Shown here in pieces: positions 1-10,733 of a stretch of DNA of 64,000 bases; the stretch's first letter is position 1; each line of letters begins with the position of its first letter. Made by a program: the position numbers and the translations under genes. The stretch comes from Macrostomum hystrix (Eukaryota > Animalia > Platyhelminthes). Location: contig CATNEN010000025.1 of the NCBI GenBank assembly GCA_950097015.1, positions 8,308,001 through 8,372,000 of the forward strand, given 5' to 3'. The notes below the pieces were generated by a model. That model saw only the letters and a program-made list of their open reading frames with translations. It did no database searches and had not been told where the DNA came from.

Positions 1-24
1 AAGTGAATTTGGCTAAAAAAAAAT

Positions 25-792
25 TCACAGCCAAGACGCTACTTCGCCCAGCAACTGGGCCGCCGAGCTGCCATTGAGAGTATTGAGGCCGCCACCGTTA
101 AGAGACGACAAGTCTAACGGGGGCAGGCGACGGCCGCCTAATGCGCCACTGCCTATGCCACAGCCGACGGAGCCTGGACTATTGTCCGACAGACGGGGAT
201 CTCGACCGCAGACAAAGCGACGCCTGATGGGCTTAGGAGGCCGGACTGACGCTTGGCTGGCGAGATGAAGAAAATAAGCACAGTGAGGGGATATTGTGCA
301 CAGTGGGATATTGAGCACAGTGAGGGGATATTGAGCACAGTGGGAGATATTGAGCACAGTGAGGAGATATTGAGCACAGTGAGGGATATTGAGCACAGTG
401 AAGGTTTTATTGAGCACAGTGAGGGCCGAGGGGATAATGAGCGCATTTAGAAGACAATGAGTACAATAAGGGGATTTTGAGCAAAATTACAGTGAGCACA
501 ATAACAAGACCAACTCACCAACAATCGGAGTTGCCACCAGTATTCAGATGAGCGACCAACAGCCCGGAAGCTTGTCTGGCTGCCGTCACAGAGCCAGGGC
601 TGCCAGCGGCACCGTTGCCTCGAACAGCTGCCACATCAAAGAGTCGACGAAGCGAATCTTCCGAGTCCATTGCGGAGCAGACGAAAATGGTGGCTTCGCT
701 GGCTCCAGGTGTTGGCGATGATGTCGCTGTCGGCGACTTAGCAGTCGGTGACAGTTTGCCACAAGTGGCGAATGACTTCGACGAAGAGTGAC
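25..792 (-). CDS. Last two coding exons (792-519, 256-25) of an unidentified low-complexity protein gene; possible further exon 1334-1268
   Basis: Minus strand: acceptor ttttctcaaag|, donor |gtgagt at 518-513, acceptor ctcgccag| at 259-257. Phases join in frame (GHSSSKSF...NSDC|CQASVRPPKPIRR...EVASWL*). No recognisable domain. Confidence 0.6.
268..430. repeat. 20-bp minisatellite (cacagtgaggggatattgag), intronic
   Basis: About 8 tandem copies visible. Confidence 0.9.
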
Positions 793-2246
793 CTTTGAGA
801 AAAGGGAAATGGTTGGGTCTCCAGTTAGAGAAAAATACTACCTCGTCCTCGTATATACAAAAATTACTAGTGAAGTGAAATACGAGATTATTAGGCTGAA
901 CTCCCTAAAGTATTATTAGGAAGCTGAACATAAATAATCATTAACAGTAGAACAACCAAGGGGAGAAAATTTTTTGTGCTGCACTCGAACGGAGCAACGC
1001 AAGCACATTGTGTGCACACGTAACTCAAAAACACGGGCGAAGGTTTTGTTGCGCATCTTCTTATACAAGAATCAAGTCGCCAGCTCTTCAGACCGTCGAG
1101 ATATTCAATGGTTCTGGCTGGATTTGTCCCATAAGCGCTAATGTATTTCATACACTCCTATACACCAATTAGCACTGCGTCTAAGTGCTGCCTTGCCAGG
1201 CCTTCAAAATGAATCAGCATGTCTCCCGAATGTGCCTGCATCATCTCCGTCTTCGGTGGTCACCTACCTTTATCTAGACGGACTGCTGGACCTTCAATGG
1301 CTACAACAGGTGGAACTAGGACACTATGGAAACCCTGACACAAATATCTCCAATTTCACAGATCAAGTCTAAATACAAGGCACAGCTCAACCACAGTACA
1401 CCATCGCCTAGTCTGTCAACCTGATGAACCTGAAGAATCATTAGGATAGGAAGCTGAACCTAAAGAATCATTAGGAAGCTGAACCTAGAGAATCATTAGG
1501 TAGCTGAGCCTAGAGAATCATTAGGATAGGAAGCTGAACCTATAGAATCATTAGGAAGCTGAACCTAGAGAATCATTAGGTAGCTGAGCCTAGAGAATCA
1601 TTAGGATAGGAAGCTGAACCTAAAGAATCATTAGGAAGCTGAACCTAGAGAATCATTAGGAAGCTGAACCTATAGAATCATTAGGAAGCTGAACCTAAAG
1701 AATCATTAGGAAGCTGAACCTAGAGAATCATTAGGAAGCTGAACCTATAGAATCATTAGGAAGCTGAACCTAAAGAATCATTAGGAAGCTGAACCTAGAG
1801 AATCATTAGGAAGCTGAACCTAGAGAATTATTAGGAAGCAGAACCTAAAGAATCATTAGGAAGCTGAGCCTAGAGAATCATTAGGAAGCTGAACCTAGAG
1901 AATCATTAGGAAGCTGAACCTATAGTTCATTAGGAAGCTGAACCTATAGAATCATTAGGAAGCTGAACCTAGAGAATCATTAGGAAGCTGAACCTATAGT
2001 TCATTAGGAAGCTGAACCTAGAGAATCATTAGGAAGCTGAACCTAGAGAATCATTAGGAAGCTGAACCTATAGTTCATTAGGAAGCTGAACCTATAGAAT
2101 CATTAGGAAGCTGAACCTATAGAATCATTAGGAAGCTGAACCTAGAGAATCATTAGGAAGCTGAACCTATAGAATCATTAGGAAGCTGAACCTAGAGAAT
2201 CATTAGGAAGCTGAACCTATAGTTCATTAGGAAGCTGAACCTATAG

Positions 2247-2480
2247 TGTAAAGACTTCACTTAAGATTGTAGAACGAACTCTACTACCAAACGCGATGAC
2301 ACAGCGACTTTTATATTTTATTTTATTTATAAAATCGATAGCAGACTCCACGCATGCACATTGGATAGAAGGTTTAAAAGCACGTACATCAACACACGTA
2401 CATTCCAAAATTGGATACGTGCCGGGCAGGTGCACAACACACCTGCCTTAGCCAGCCGCAAACAGAGCCACGTCACCACA
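2247..2480 (-). repeat. 3' LTR of element 1
   Basis: Matches 6454-6687. Confidence 0.97.
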
Positions 2481-2579
2481 TCCCTCCCCACCAAAACAGG
2501 AACCGGGGGGAGATGGCAAGCAAGGTAAATTATCAAGGAAAGCAAAAGTCATGGCAAAAGTAACAACTCAGTCAGTCGG

Positions 2580-5500
2580 TCAAAAATAGCTCAGTCTGTC
2601 CGGTGTAGCTCGCTGCCTGGTTGACCGTCGAATCGGCACCGGGTCGCCCGTGTCTGCGGTGTCGCTGGCGACCGCAGCTGCCGCAGCCGATGTCTGGGTT
2701 TCCGCTGCCGCCGGTTCCGCGACAGGCTCGGCTTCCGACTCCTGGGCCGCAGCGGCTGGCGCGGTTGGCAGCGGCTTGCGCAGCTGATCGATGTGGCGCT
2801 GAGCCTGCCGGCCGTCGTCGAACTGGCACGAGAAAGACGCCGCTCTGGAGCTGGCAGTCACCACTGCCGGCTTCCATCTGCCATCGGCCGCGAAATCTCT
2901 CGCCACCACAGCATCGCCTACCTCGATGTGGCGATCACGGGCGTTGGCGTCGTGTTGCTGTTTCTGTATCGCTTGCTGGAGAGCCACCCTCGCTGGAAGA
3001 TCCGGCCGCACTCGATCGAGTAGGGACCGCAGCCGCCTTCCCATCAGCAGTTCACACGGCGGGGCGCCAGTCGTGGCGTGCGGCGTCACGCGGTAGGTCA
3101 GTAGGAAGCGCGCCACCCGGCCCTCCAGCGAGCCGCTCTTCTGCTTCGCCAGCGACTTCTTTAGCGTTTGGACCGCTCGCTCCGCCTGCCCGTTGGACGC
3201 CGGGTGGTAGGGCGCGGTCCGCACGTGCCGGATGCCATTCTGCTGCAGGAACTTCTCCATCTCCTCGCTGACCAGGTTGGGGCCGTTGTCCGTCACGATG
3301 ATGTCTGGCAGCCCATGAGTGCAGAAGCTCTCCCGCAGCCTCTGGATGGTCGCCGCCGAAGTTGTGGACGTCATGACATGCACGTCCATCCACTTGGAGT
3401 GGGCATCGACTACCACCAGCAGCATCTTGCCCTCGACTGGGCCTGCAAAATCAATATGGAGGCGCGACCACGGCCTGTCCGGCCACGCCCATGGGTGCAG
3501 CGGAACCGGTGCCGGTGACTTCTGCAGCTCTCGACAGTCCGCGCAGTCACTGGCAAGCTGCTCGATCGCCTCATCCAACTTGGGCCACCAAAAGAAACTT
3601 CGAGCGAGCGCCTTCATTCTGGACGCACCCTGGTGTCCTTGGTGCAGACACTGTAGCAGCGCAGACCGGCCGGCGTGCGGCACCACGACTCGAGTGCCCC
3701 AGAGCAGACAGCCGTCCTGCACGCTGAGCTGGTCGCGTCGGGATCGATACGGCTGCAGTTCTGGGCTCGTCTGCTCCGGCCAGCAGCCGCATTCGGTGAA
3801 GTGCAGCGCTCTGGAAAGGACCGGGTCCTTCCGGGTCCAGACTCGAATGTCTCCGGCTGTGACCGGTCCTTCGTCCAGCATGTCCATGACGAGAACCACG
3901 TCTGCTGGTACTGGTGCGTCCCGCGGTCTCTCGGGAAGCGGCAGCCGGCTCAGCGCGTCCGCTCGCAGCAGCGATCGGCCGGACCGGTGCTCCATCGTGT
4001 AACTGTAGGCGGACAGGAGAAGCGCCCACCGCTGGATCCTGCCTGATGCCATCGCAGGAATCGGCTTGCCTTCATGCAGCAGCCCCAGCAGCGGCTTGTG
4101 GTCGCTGATGAGTGTGAATTTCCGGCCGTACAGGTACGAGTGAAAGCGTTTTACGCCGAAGATTATTGCTAGGGCTTCCTTGTCCAACTGGGAATACCTT
4201 GTCTCGGCGTCGTGCAACGAGCGTGAAGCGAAAGCGATCGGCTGGTCGATGCCGTTAATCCGGTGGCTGATGACAGCGCCGATGCCGTACGGCGAGGCGT
4301 CGCACTCCAGGACCAATGGCTTGCTGTCGTCAAAATGCACCAGGACCGGCGCCTTACTGAGGAGCTTCTTGCACTTGTTGAACGCGGCGTCTTGCGGGGC
4401 ACCCCAACGCCACTCGGCGCCCTGGTCTAGTAGGCGGTGCAGCGATGCCAGCTCGGCAGATAAGTTCGGCATGAACTTGCCATAATAGTTGACCATGCCA
4501 AGGAAGCTGCGGAGCTGCGTCACATTCCGCGGTGGTGGAGCGTCCACGATCGCGCGCACCTTGTCCTGAAGCGGATGGAGGCCTGCGGCGTCGATCCTGT
4601 GGCCTAGGTAGCAGACGCTCTCCTGCATGAAGTTGCACTTGCCGAGGCCGCAGCGCAGACCGCTCTGTTGCAGTCGCTGCAGCACCAGCTCTAGGGAGCG
4701 TAAATGGCTTCCGTCGTCAGCACCAGTAATGATCAGATCATCAATGAAGCAGGCGACATGCGGGATGGACTGCAGCAGGCTGTCCATGTACCGCTGGAAG
4801 ATGCCGACAGCTGGAGCGACGCCGAACGGCAGCCGGGTATACCGAAGCAGGCCCTTAGAGGTGTTGATGGTGCAGAGTTGCTGGGCTGCTTCGTCAAGCG
4901 GCATCTGGGAGTAGGCCTGCGACAAGTCGAGCTTGGTGAACTTTTGGCCGCCGGCCAGCTTGGCAAAAAGCTCGTCAATGCGTGGCAGCGGGTACTTGTC
5001 AGGCTCGATGTTGATGTTGACCGTCTGCTTAAAGTCCGCACAGATGCGCACCGAGCCGTCGGACTTGAGGACCGGCACGATCGGCGATGCGTAGTCCGAG
5101 CTGTTCACGGGAACGAGCACGCCCTGCTCGATTTCTTTGTCGAGCTGGGCCTCCACCTTGGCTTTGAGAGCAAAGGGAACGGTGCGCGCTTTGAAAAATC
5201 GAGGCCGGGCTCCGTCTTTCAAGTGCAGCCGTACAGGTGGCCCATTGCACTTACCGAGTCCGGGCTCAAAAACATCGGCGTACTGGTCAAGCAGGGCGCG
5301 GATTCTCGGGTGCTCGCCGTCCTTGGCCACCTGCTTGATGCTGCGCCAGTCCAGAGGCAGGTCAGCAAGCCAGTCGCGGCCGATCAGGTTCGAACCTGAG
5401 CCGTTGACGACAAGCAGTGGAAGCTCCTTGGTCGCTCCAGCCGCCCGCACTTGGACGATGATTCTGCCGAGCAGCGGAACAGGCTCTCCTGAATACGTGC

Positions 5501-6440
5501 GCAGGTGGGCGTTGGCGGGCTCAAGCTTGGGCCGTCCTCGCAGCTCTGAGCGGAAGGTGTCCGACGAAATGAGTGAGACCGACGCGCCGGTGTCAATCTC
5601 CATGCGCACCGGCGTGCCATCGATAAGCACCGTTGTCTCGATCGGCGGAATCTTCCCTCTCCGTCGTTCAACCATTACGTGCAGTGAATGCGTCTCTTCC
5701 TCTTCCAGCTCGACCTCCCTGACGGCCTGATCGCCCCGACGATTTGTGGCAGCCGGCGACTTGCAGGCAGCAGCCGCGTGGCCCAGCTTCGAGCAATTGA
5801 AGCATTTTTTGTCAACGAAGGTGCACTTGGCAGCCGCGTGCCGCTGCGAGAGACACCGAAAACAGCGCTTAGCGACCGGCTGCTTGGCGATTTGGAAGGC
5901 CTCCTGGCTGGCCGAAGATTTGGTCACCATCAGGTTCCCTTCGGCTGCTGAAGCTTCGGCCTGGGCTCGAGACAGTGCGGTGTCGAGCGTAAGCTTCCGC
6001 TCTGACAGCAGCCTCCGCTGGATGTTGTCGTCGTTGATGCCAAGCACGAACCTGTCCCTGAGCATGCTGTCCAGGCTGCTGCCAAAGTTGCAGTCCCTGG
6101 CCAGTCTGCGAAGGTCGGCGAGGAAGTCAGCAATTGACTCGCCGGCACGGCGACTTCGGGTGTAGAAACGGAAGCGCAGAACGATCTCGGGTGGCTCGGG
6201 GTCGAAGTGATTCTTCAGCGTTTCGCAGATGTCTGCATAGCTGCTTGCAGCCGGAGTACCAGGAGCTAGCAGGCTGGCTATTAGCTGGTAAGTCTTCTTG
6301 CCGCAGACACTGAGGAGAACGGCGCGCTTTTTCTCTTCTTTGATATCATTGGCCTCGAAAAACTGCTCCAGTCTTTCCTGGTACTGCTGCCATTTTTCTG
6401 TCCCCTCTTCAAAGGGTTCAATAGAGCCAACTAGGCTCAT
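2580..6440 (-). CDS. Gag-Pol polyprotein, 1286 aa (Gag with two CCHC knuckles, protease, RT, RNase H, integrase)
   Basis: CFRCLSQRHAAAKC and CFNCSKLGHAAAAC; protease IDTGAS; RT FIDD; RNase H CDASPYGIGA; integrase HQGHQG/CADC, HIDFAGP, TDNGP, SNGQAER. Confidence 0.97.
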   Translation of the reverse strand: MSLVGSIEPFEEGTEKWQQYQERLEQFFEANDIKEEKKRAVLLSVCGKKTYQLIASLLAPGTPAASSYADICETLKNHFDPEPPEIVLRFRFYTRSRRAGESIADFLADLRRLARDCNFGSSLDSMLRDRFVLGINDDNIQRRLLSERKLTLDTALSRAQAEASAAEGNLMVTKSSASQEAFQIAKQPVAKRCFRCLSQRHAAAKCTFVDKKCFNCSKLGHAAAACKSPAATNRRGDQAVREVELEEEETHSLHVMVERRRGKIPPIETTVLIDGTPVRMEIDTGASVSLISSDTFRSELRGRPKLEPANAHLRTYSGEPVPLLGRIIVQVRAAGATKELPLLVVNGSGSNLIGRDWLADLPLDWRSIKQVAKDGEHPRIRALLDQYADVFEPGLGKCNGPPVRLHLKDGARPRFFKARTVPFALKAKVEAQLDKEIEQGVLVPVNSSDYASPIVPVLKSDGSVRICADFKQTVNINIEPDKYPLPRIDELFAKLAGGQKFTKLDLSQAYSQMPLDEAAQQLCTINTSKGLLRYTRLPFGVAPAVGIFQRYMDSLLQSIPHVACFIDDLIITGADDGSHLRSLELVLQRLQQSGLRCGLGKCNFMQESVCYLGHRIDAAGLHPLQDKVRAIVDAPPPRNVTQLRSFLGMVNYYGKFMPNLSAELASLHRLLDQGAEWRWGAPQDAAFNKCKKLLSKAPVLVHFDDSKPLVLECDASPYGIGAVISHRINGIDQPIAFASRSLHDAETRYSQLDKEALAIIFGVKRFHSYLYGRKFTLISDHKPLLGLLHEGKPIPAMASGRIQRWALLLSAYSYTMEHRSGRSLLRADALSRLPLPERPRDAPVPADVVLVMDMLDEGPVTAGDIRVWTRKDPVLSRALHFTECGCWPEQTSPELQPYRSRRDQLSVQDGCLLWGTRVVVPHAGRSALLQCLHQGHQGASRMKALARSFFWWPKLDEAIEQLASDCADCRELQKSPAPVPLHPWAWPDRPWSRLHIDFAGPVEGKMLLVVVDAHSKWMDVHVMTSTTSAATIQRLRESFCTHGLPDIIVTDNGPNLVSEEMEKFLQQNGIRHVRTAPYHPASNGQAERAVQTLKKSLAKQKSGSLEGRVARFLLTYRVTPHATTGAPPCELLMGRRLRSLLDRVRPDLPARVALQQAIQKQQHDANARDRHIEVGDAVVARDFAADGRWKPAVVTASSRAASFSCQFDDGRQAQRHIDQLRKPLPTAPAAAAQESEAEPVAEPAAAETQTSAAAAAVASDTADTGDPVPIRRSTRQRATPDRLSYF

Positions 6441-6453
6441 TTCTCATCGCCAC

Positions 6454-6687
6454 TGTAAAGACTTCACTTAAGATTGTAGAACGAACTCTACTACCAAACG
6501 CGATGACACAGCGACTTTTATATTTTATTTTATTTATAAAATCGATAGCAGACTCCACGCATGCACATTGGATAGAAGGTTTAAAAGCACGTACATCAAC
6601 ACACGTACATTCCAAAATTGGATACGTGCCGGGCAGGTGCACAACACACCTGCCTTAGCCAGCCGCAAACAGAGCCACGTCACCACA
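6454..6687 (-). repeat. 5' LTR of element 1
   Basis: Matches 2247-2480; followed by PBS and ATG. Confidence 0.97.
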
Positions 6688-7596
6688 TATAGAATCATTG
6701 GGAAGCTGAACCTAAAGAATCATTAGGAAGCTGAACCTATAGAATCATTAGGAAGCTGAACCTAGAGAATCATTAGGTAGCTGAGCCTAGAGAATCATTA
6801 GGATAGGAAGCTGAACCTAGAGAATCATTAGGAAGCTGAACCTAAAGAATCATTAGGAAGCTGAACCTAGAGAATCATTAGGTAGCTGAGCCTAGAGAAT
6901 CATTAGGATAGGAAGCTGAACCTAAAGAATCATTAGGATAGGAAGCTGAACCTATAGAATCATTAGGAAGCTGAACCTAGAGAATCATTAGGAAGCTGAA
7001 CCTAGAGAATTATTAGGAAGCTGAGCCTAGAGAATCATTAGGAAGCTGAACCTAGAGAATCATTAGGAAGCTGAACCTATAGAATCATTAGGAAGCTGAA
7101 CCTAAAGAATCATTAGGAAGCTGAACCTAGAGAATCATTAGGAAGCTGAACCTAGAGAATTATTAGGAAGCTGAACCTAAAGAATCATTAGGAAGCTGAG
7201 CCTAGAGAATCATTAGGAAGCTGAACCTAGAGAATCATTAGGAAGCTGAACCTAAAGAATCATTAGGAAGCTGAACCTAGAGAATCATTAGGAAGCTGAA
7301 CCTAGAGAATCATAAGGAAGCTGAACCTAGAGAATCATTAGGAAGCTGAGCCTAGAGAATCATTAGGAAGCTGAACCTAGAGAATCATTAGGAAGCTGAA
7401 CCTAGAGAATCATTAGGAAGCTGAACCTAGAGAATCATTAGGAAGCTGAACCTATAGAATCGTTAGGAAGCTGAACCTAGAGAATCATTAGAAAGCTGAA
7501 CCCAATTTATAGAGTTCTGCAGATACAGACCGACTTCAGTCGACAAATCTACGACCCAATTGAGTGCCACAATGAAACTAAACAGCTAAAACTTAC

Positions 7597-8184
7597 CAGC
7601 TAGATCCAGGGGCGGCAGGGCCGGGCTATACAAAGGCACGTTTGGCTCCAACCATATTGAGGGCGGCAGGTGGCGACAGCGCATTGGCACGCTGGCCGCG
7701 GCCATGGCCGGTCGGGATGCCAGGCGCTGCTGCGCCAGACGCGGCAACTGCGGCTGCCTCTGCTGCTGCGTAGGTACTATCCATTTGTTGCCATGACAAC
7801 GCCTCTCTATCTAAAATCCGACGCGAGTTTAAACTTGAGAGATCTCGCTTGCGATTTATAGCGTGGCGCCGGGTTAAAATTAGATCATGTTTCAAAGTCG
7901 GCTTCATCTCTGTTAGATTCTTCATCTTCATCCTCTGAGCTGGCAGAGTCAATAATTGCCAATGCAGTGTCGCGACCCGCCGCGCCACTTGTTCCTAGCG
8001 ACATAGATGACAGCGAGGGCGAGGGCGAAGATTCGGCGAATAGAGAAGAATTCGTAGTCGGCGTGCCTAGACCAGAATCGGCATCTGCTTCGGCTTCGAA
8101 GCGATGACATAATGTTGCACTGCAAGCGCCTAATCCTGCAGTTAAATCTGTGGACTGATACACAGACATCCTGGCCGAGCTGTC
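7597..8184 (-). other. Coding-like GC-rich segment, possibly upstream exon(s) of the minus-strand gene
   Basis: Acceptor ttgcag| before 8184; acidic/Ser-rich frame (SSEDEDEESNRDEAD); gtaagt donor near 7596; no single frame spans it. Confidence 0.3.
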
Positions 8185-9593
8185 CTGCAATGCATAGTTA
8201 GGTTATTATTAAGTATTATATGCCCTGGCCTATGACTATGCCAGCACTATAAATTATTATTCAGCATAGACTTCGATAATTAGCAATTTAATCTAATATT
8301 TGCACATTTGCAGGTGCTGCACAGCACAAGTCAGCAAAGTCTGTAGATTTGACTAACTAAAAAGTCATAAAGTTTAATAAAAATGTCATAAAAATCAATT
8401 AACTATAAGTTATGTTTAGCTGTGAGGTTAGACATGGTTAGACACTCTATAGTCAGGAAGGAGATATTTTAGAAAATAGTTTAGTGCAGTTTAGTTCCTA
8501 GATGGATAGCTAAAATGGACTTTTTAGCATGCATGGTGCACTTAGTGGCTAGTGCACATACATTTTAATGGTGCTATATATAATGCACTATTTTTCCTAT
8601 TTTACTCTTAAACTAGGCCCTAGCTAATATATTTTTGTGAAAGACAATGAATACTTAGCTCAATTGAGAATATTGTAAGAAACAGAAAGGTGTCATTATA
8701 TATGCACATAATTACAGTTTTTATTGCAATTGAAAAAGTACATTTGTGTAAAAAATGTAATAAAATAAAGGAACAAAGTTAATAAGTAAAATATCTTGCA
8801 TTTAAAATGAATTAGAAAAAGCAAAAGTTTTATTTTAATAGTGATCAATTTGGTTAAAACTTACAACTAAAATATATTTAAAAAAAAATAATAATAATAG
8901 AGAGCTTACACACATACAGCAACCATTCACCCAGTGTTTCAATTGTGTACATGGTGGCTGTTCACCTAGTATTTTAAAGGCATGCATGGTAGCCATTTAC
9001 ACATTGCACATTGCAGGAAGACAGCAGGCAGCAACACATTTAGTGACACTTCACTAGACCAATAGCCACAGCCAGGCCAGCAAGGTGGCAATTCTGCATA
9101 TTTCACTAACTGCTAAGCATACATGCACAAAAGGATAGGCGGAGTAAAAAAGGTGACAGGCAAAAGTTGTTTCTGCTGAAAAAGGTAAAGACAAGATAAG
9201 CAAAAACTCCACAATTTAGCTATTTTACTACATTTAGATGTTTATACTCATCAATTAGCTGACTGCTATTATTAGTATAGGTGTAAAGTAGAACTACAAT
9301 GATTAGCCTAGCTTGATTAAAAATAGAGAAGCAAGGACCAGGTCAAGTTCAATCTCCTTTTTATTCAGTCTCACTGTCAGACTTTTAATAAAAAATCTTA
9401 TTTATCAGATTTTTTAGATCAGTACCGAAACTTTCACAATACTGAAAACTGTGAAAAAGTGGGAATAAGTGGGAGTGGGAGTGCGCAACAAAGAAAGTGC
9501 GTATCACAATTTATGATGCGGCGCAGTCTAATTCGGTCAGTCACGGTCAGAATCCTAGATGGATTACAATGATGGTTAATCAATAGGATCCTA

Positions 9594-9999
9594 GACAATT
9601 CGTCATCTTACAACTTCGTCATCCACTTGGAAGGTAGGACACTTCGTCATCCAGCCAATTGGCATGTTTTAAAGTTTGGACAGTTCGTCATCTTCTAATA
9701 ACAAGCAATCAAGTTCGTCATCAATAAAGTGAGGGTGGGGAGGTGGGGTGGTGGGGCAGAGGTGTGAACACACTTCACACTCTAAATTATCAAAAAGAGG
9801 TGTCAAAACTGATTTCATTATAAGTGTTGAAAGATAGGTGCCAACACGATGTGAGGAGGGGTGGTTCTGTTCTAACTTTGAAAACTTTTGTTTTATAGAT
9901 GACGAAGTGTCCACAAGTCTAAGTCTCTTCGTCATCCACCCTCTAAGATATTGGACAGATAGTCATCTGGATGACGACGTTGTAAGATGACGAATTGTC
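9594..9999. mobile_element. MITE-like non-autonomous DNA element
   Basis: 21-bp terminal inverted repeat gacaattcgtcatcttacaac / gttgtaagatgacgaattgtc with several subterminal ttcgtcatc / gatgacgaa motifs; no clear TSD. Confidence 0.75.
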
Positions 10000-10733
10000 C
10001 AAGTTACCAATCAATAAACCCTCGTCCGACCCTCCTCGTCCGACCGATTTTAACCGGCAGTAGAAAACTGAATTCGTGCGAACATGTTTCTTGTTCGAAC
10101 TAACAATCGCTACCAGACGAACAACAGTCTGATAACTATTTATTTACTGTTCGCTTTTAAGCCTTTAAAATGTTAATATAAATTGCTCTTATAAATGTTT
10201 TTGTATTATTTCTACCTCAGCTTTACTCTGCCTCCAAATTTGACTGCGTACAAACCAGTCCATTTAATTCTGTGACTTGTTCTAACTCTAGTAGCTATAA
10301 GGTGAATGAGTCTTTGATCTTTGTATTATCATTGTATTATTTTATCTAGCATTAATATAGGAAAATAAATATTTTTCCAATGAGTAAAAACTGTTCCAAA
10401 ATCGTAGATCTCTGTAAAAATCATTTTGTATTAGTTTTTATCTGTTGTATGTATATTAATACCATTTAAGGGTGAAAAATTTTATCCAACTGTCTAGGTG
10501 TACATGCTATAGCGTTCTCTCTCTCATGCTACCATATTATGTAATCGGGTCTGGCTCTGCGTGTGCTAGGCCTACTTATTGCTTTGCTCTCGTCCGCGCT
10601 CATCACACAACGTCCTGAAACATCTAAACTATATACTTGATGTTTAATATAGCTATTCATATTGAATTCAAATTAAATTAATTTATTCATTCATTAAATT
10701 ATTACTACTAATTAAATTTTCAGTAATTTGGCA

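Larger units (their letters stand above)
2247..6687 (-). mobile_element. Full-length Ty3/gypsy LTR retrotransposon (Mag-like), element 1
   Basis: 234-bp LTRs 2247-2480 and 6454-6687 (TG...CA, no difference seen); 5-bp TSD tatag (2242-2246, 6688-6692); PBS tggcgatgagaa (6452-6441, resembles tRNA-Ser type PBS); PPT gtggggaggga (2491-2481); single intact ORF. Confidence 0.97.
1425..7500. repeat. 25-bp minisatellite (gaagctgaacctagagaatcattag), split by an LTR retrotransposon into 1425-2246 and 6688-7500
   Basis: Same unit on both sides of the element. Confidence 0.95.

Noticed and set aside
2572-6165. Many overlapping and antisense ORFs in the retrotransposon pol regions
   Set aside because: Expected shadows of GC-rich coding sequence; no motifs
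1425-7500. CRISPR-like array (also considered for the other arrays)
   Set aside because: Head-to-tail units with no unique spacers, no cas genes, eukaryotic context
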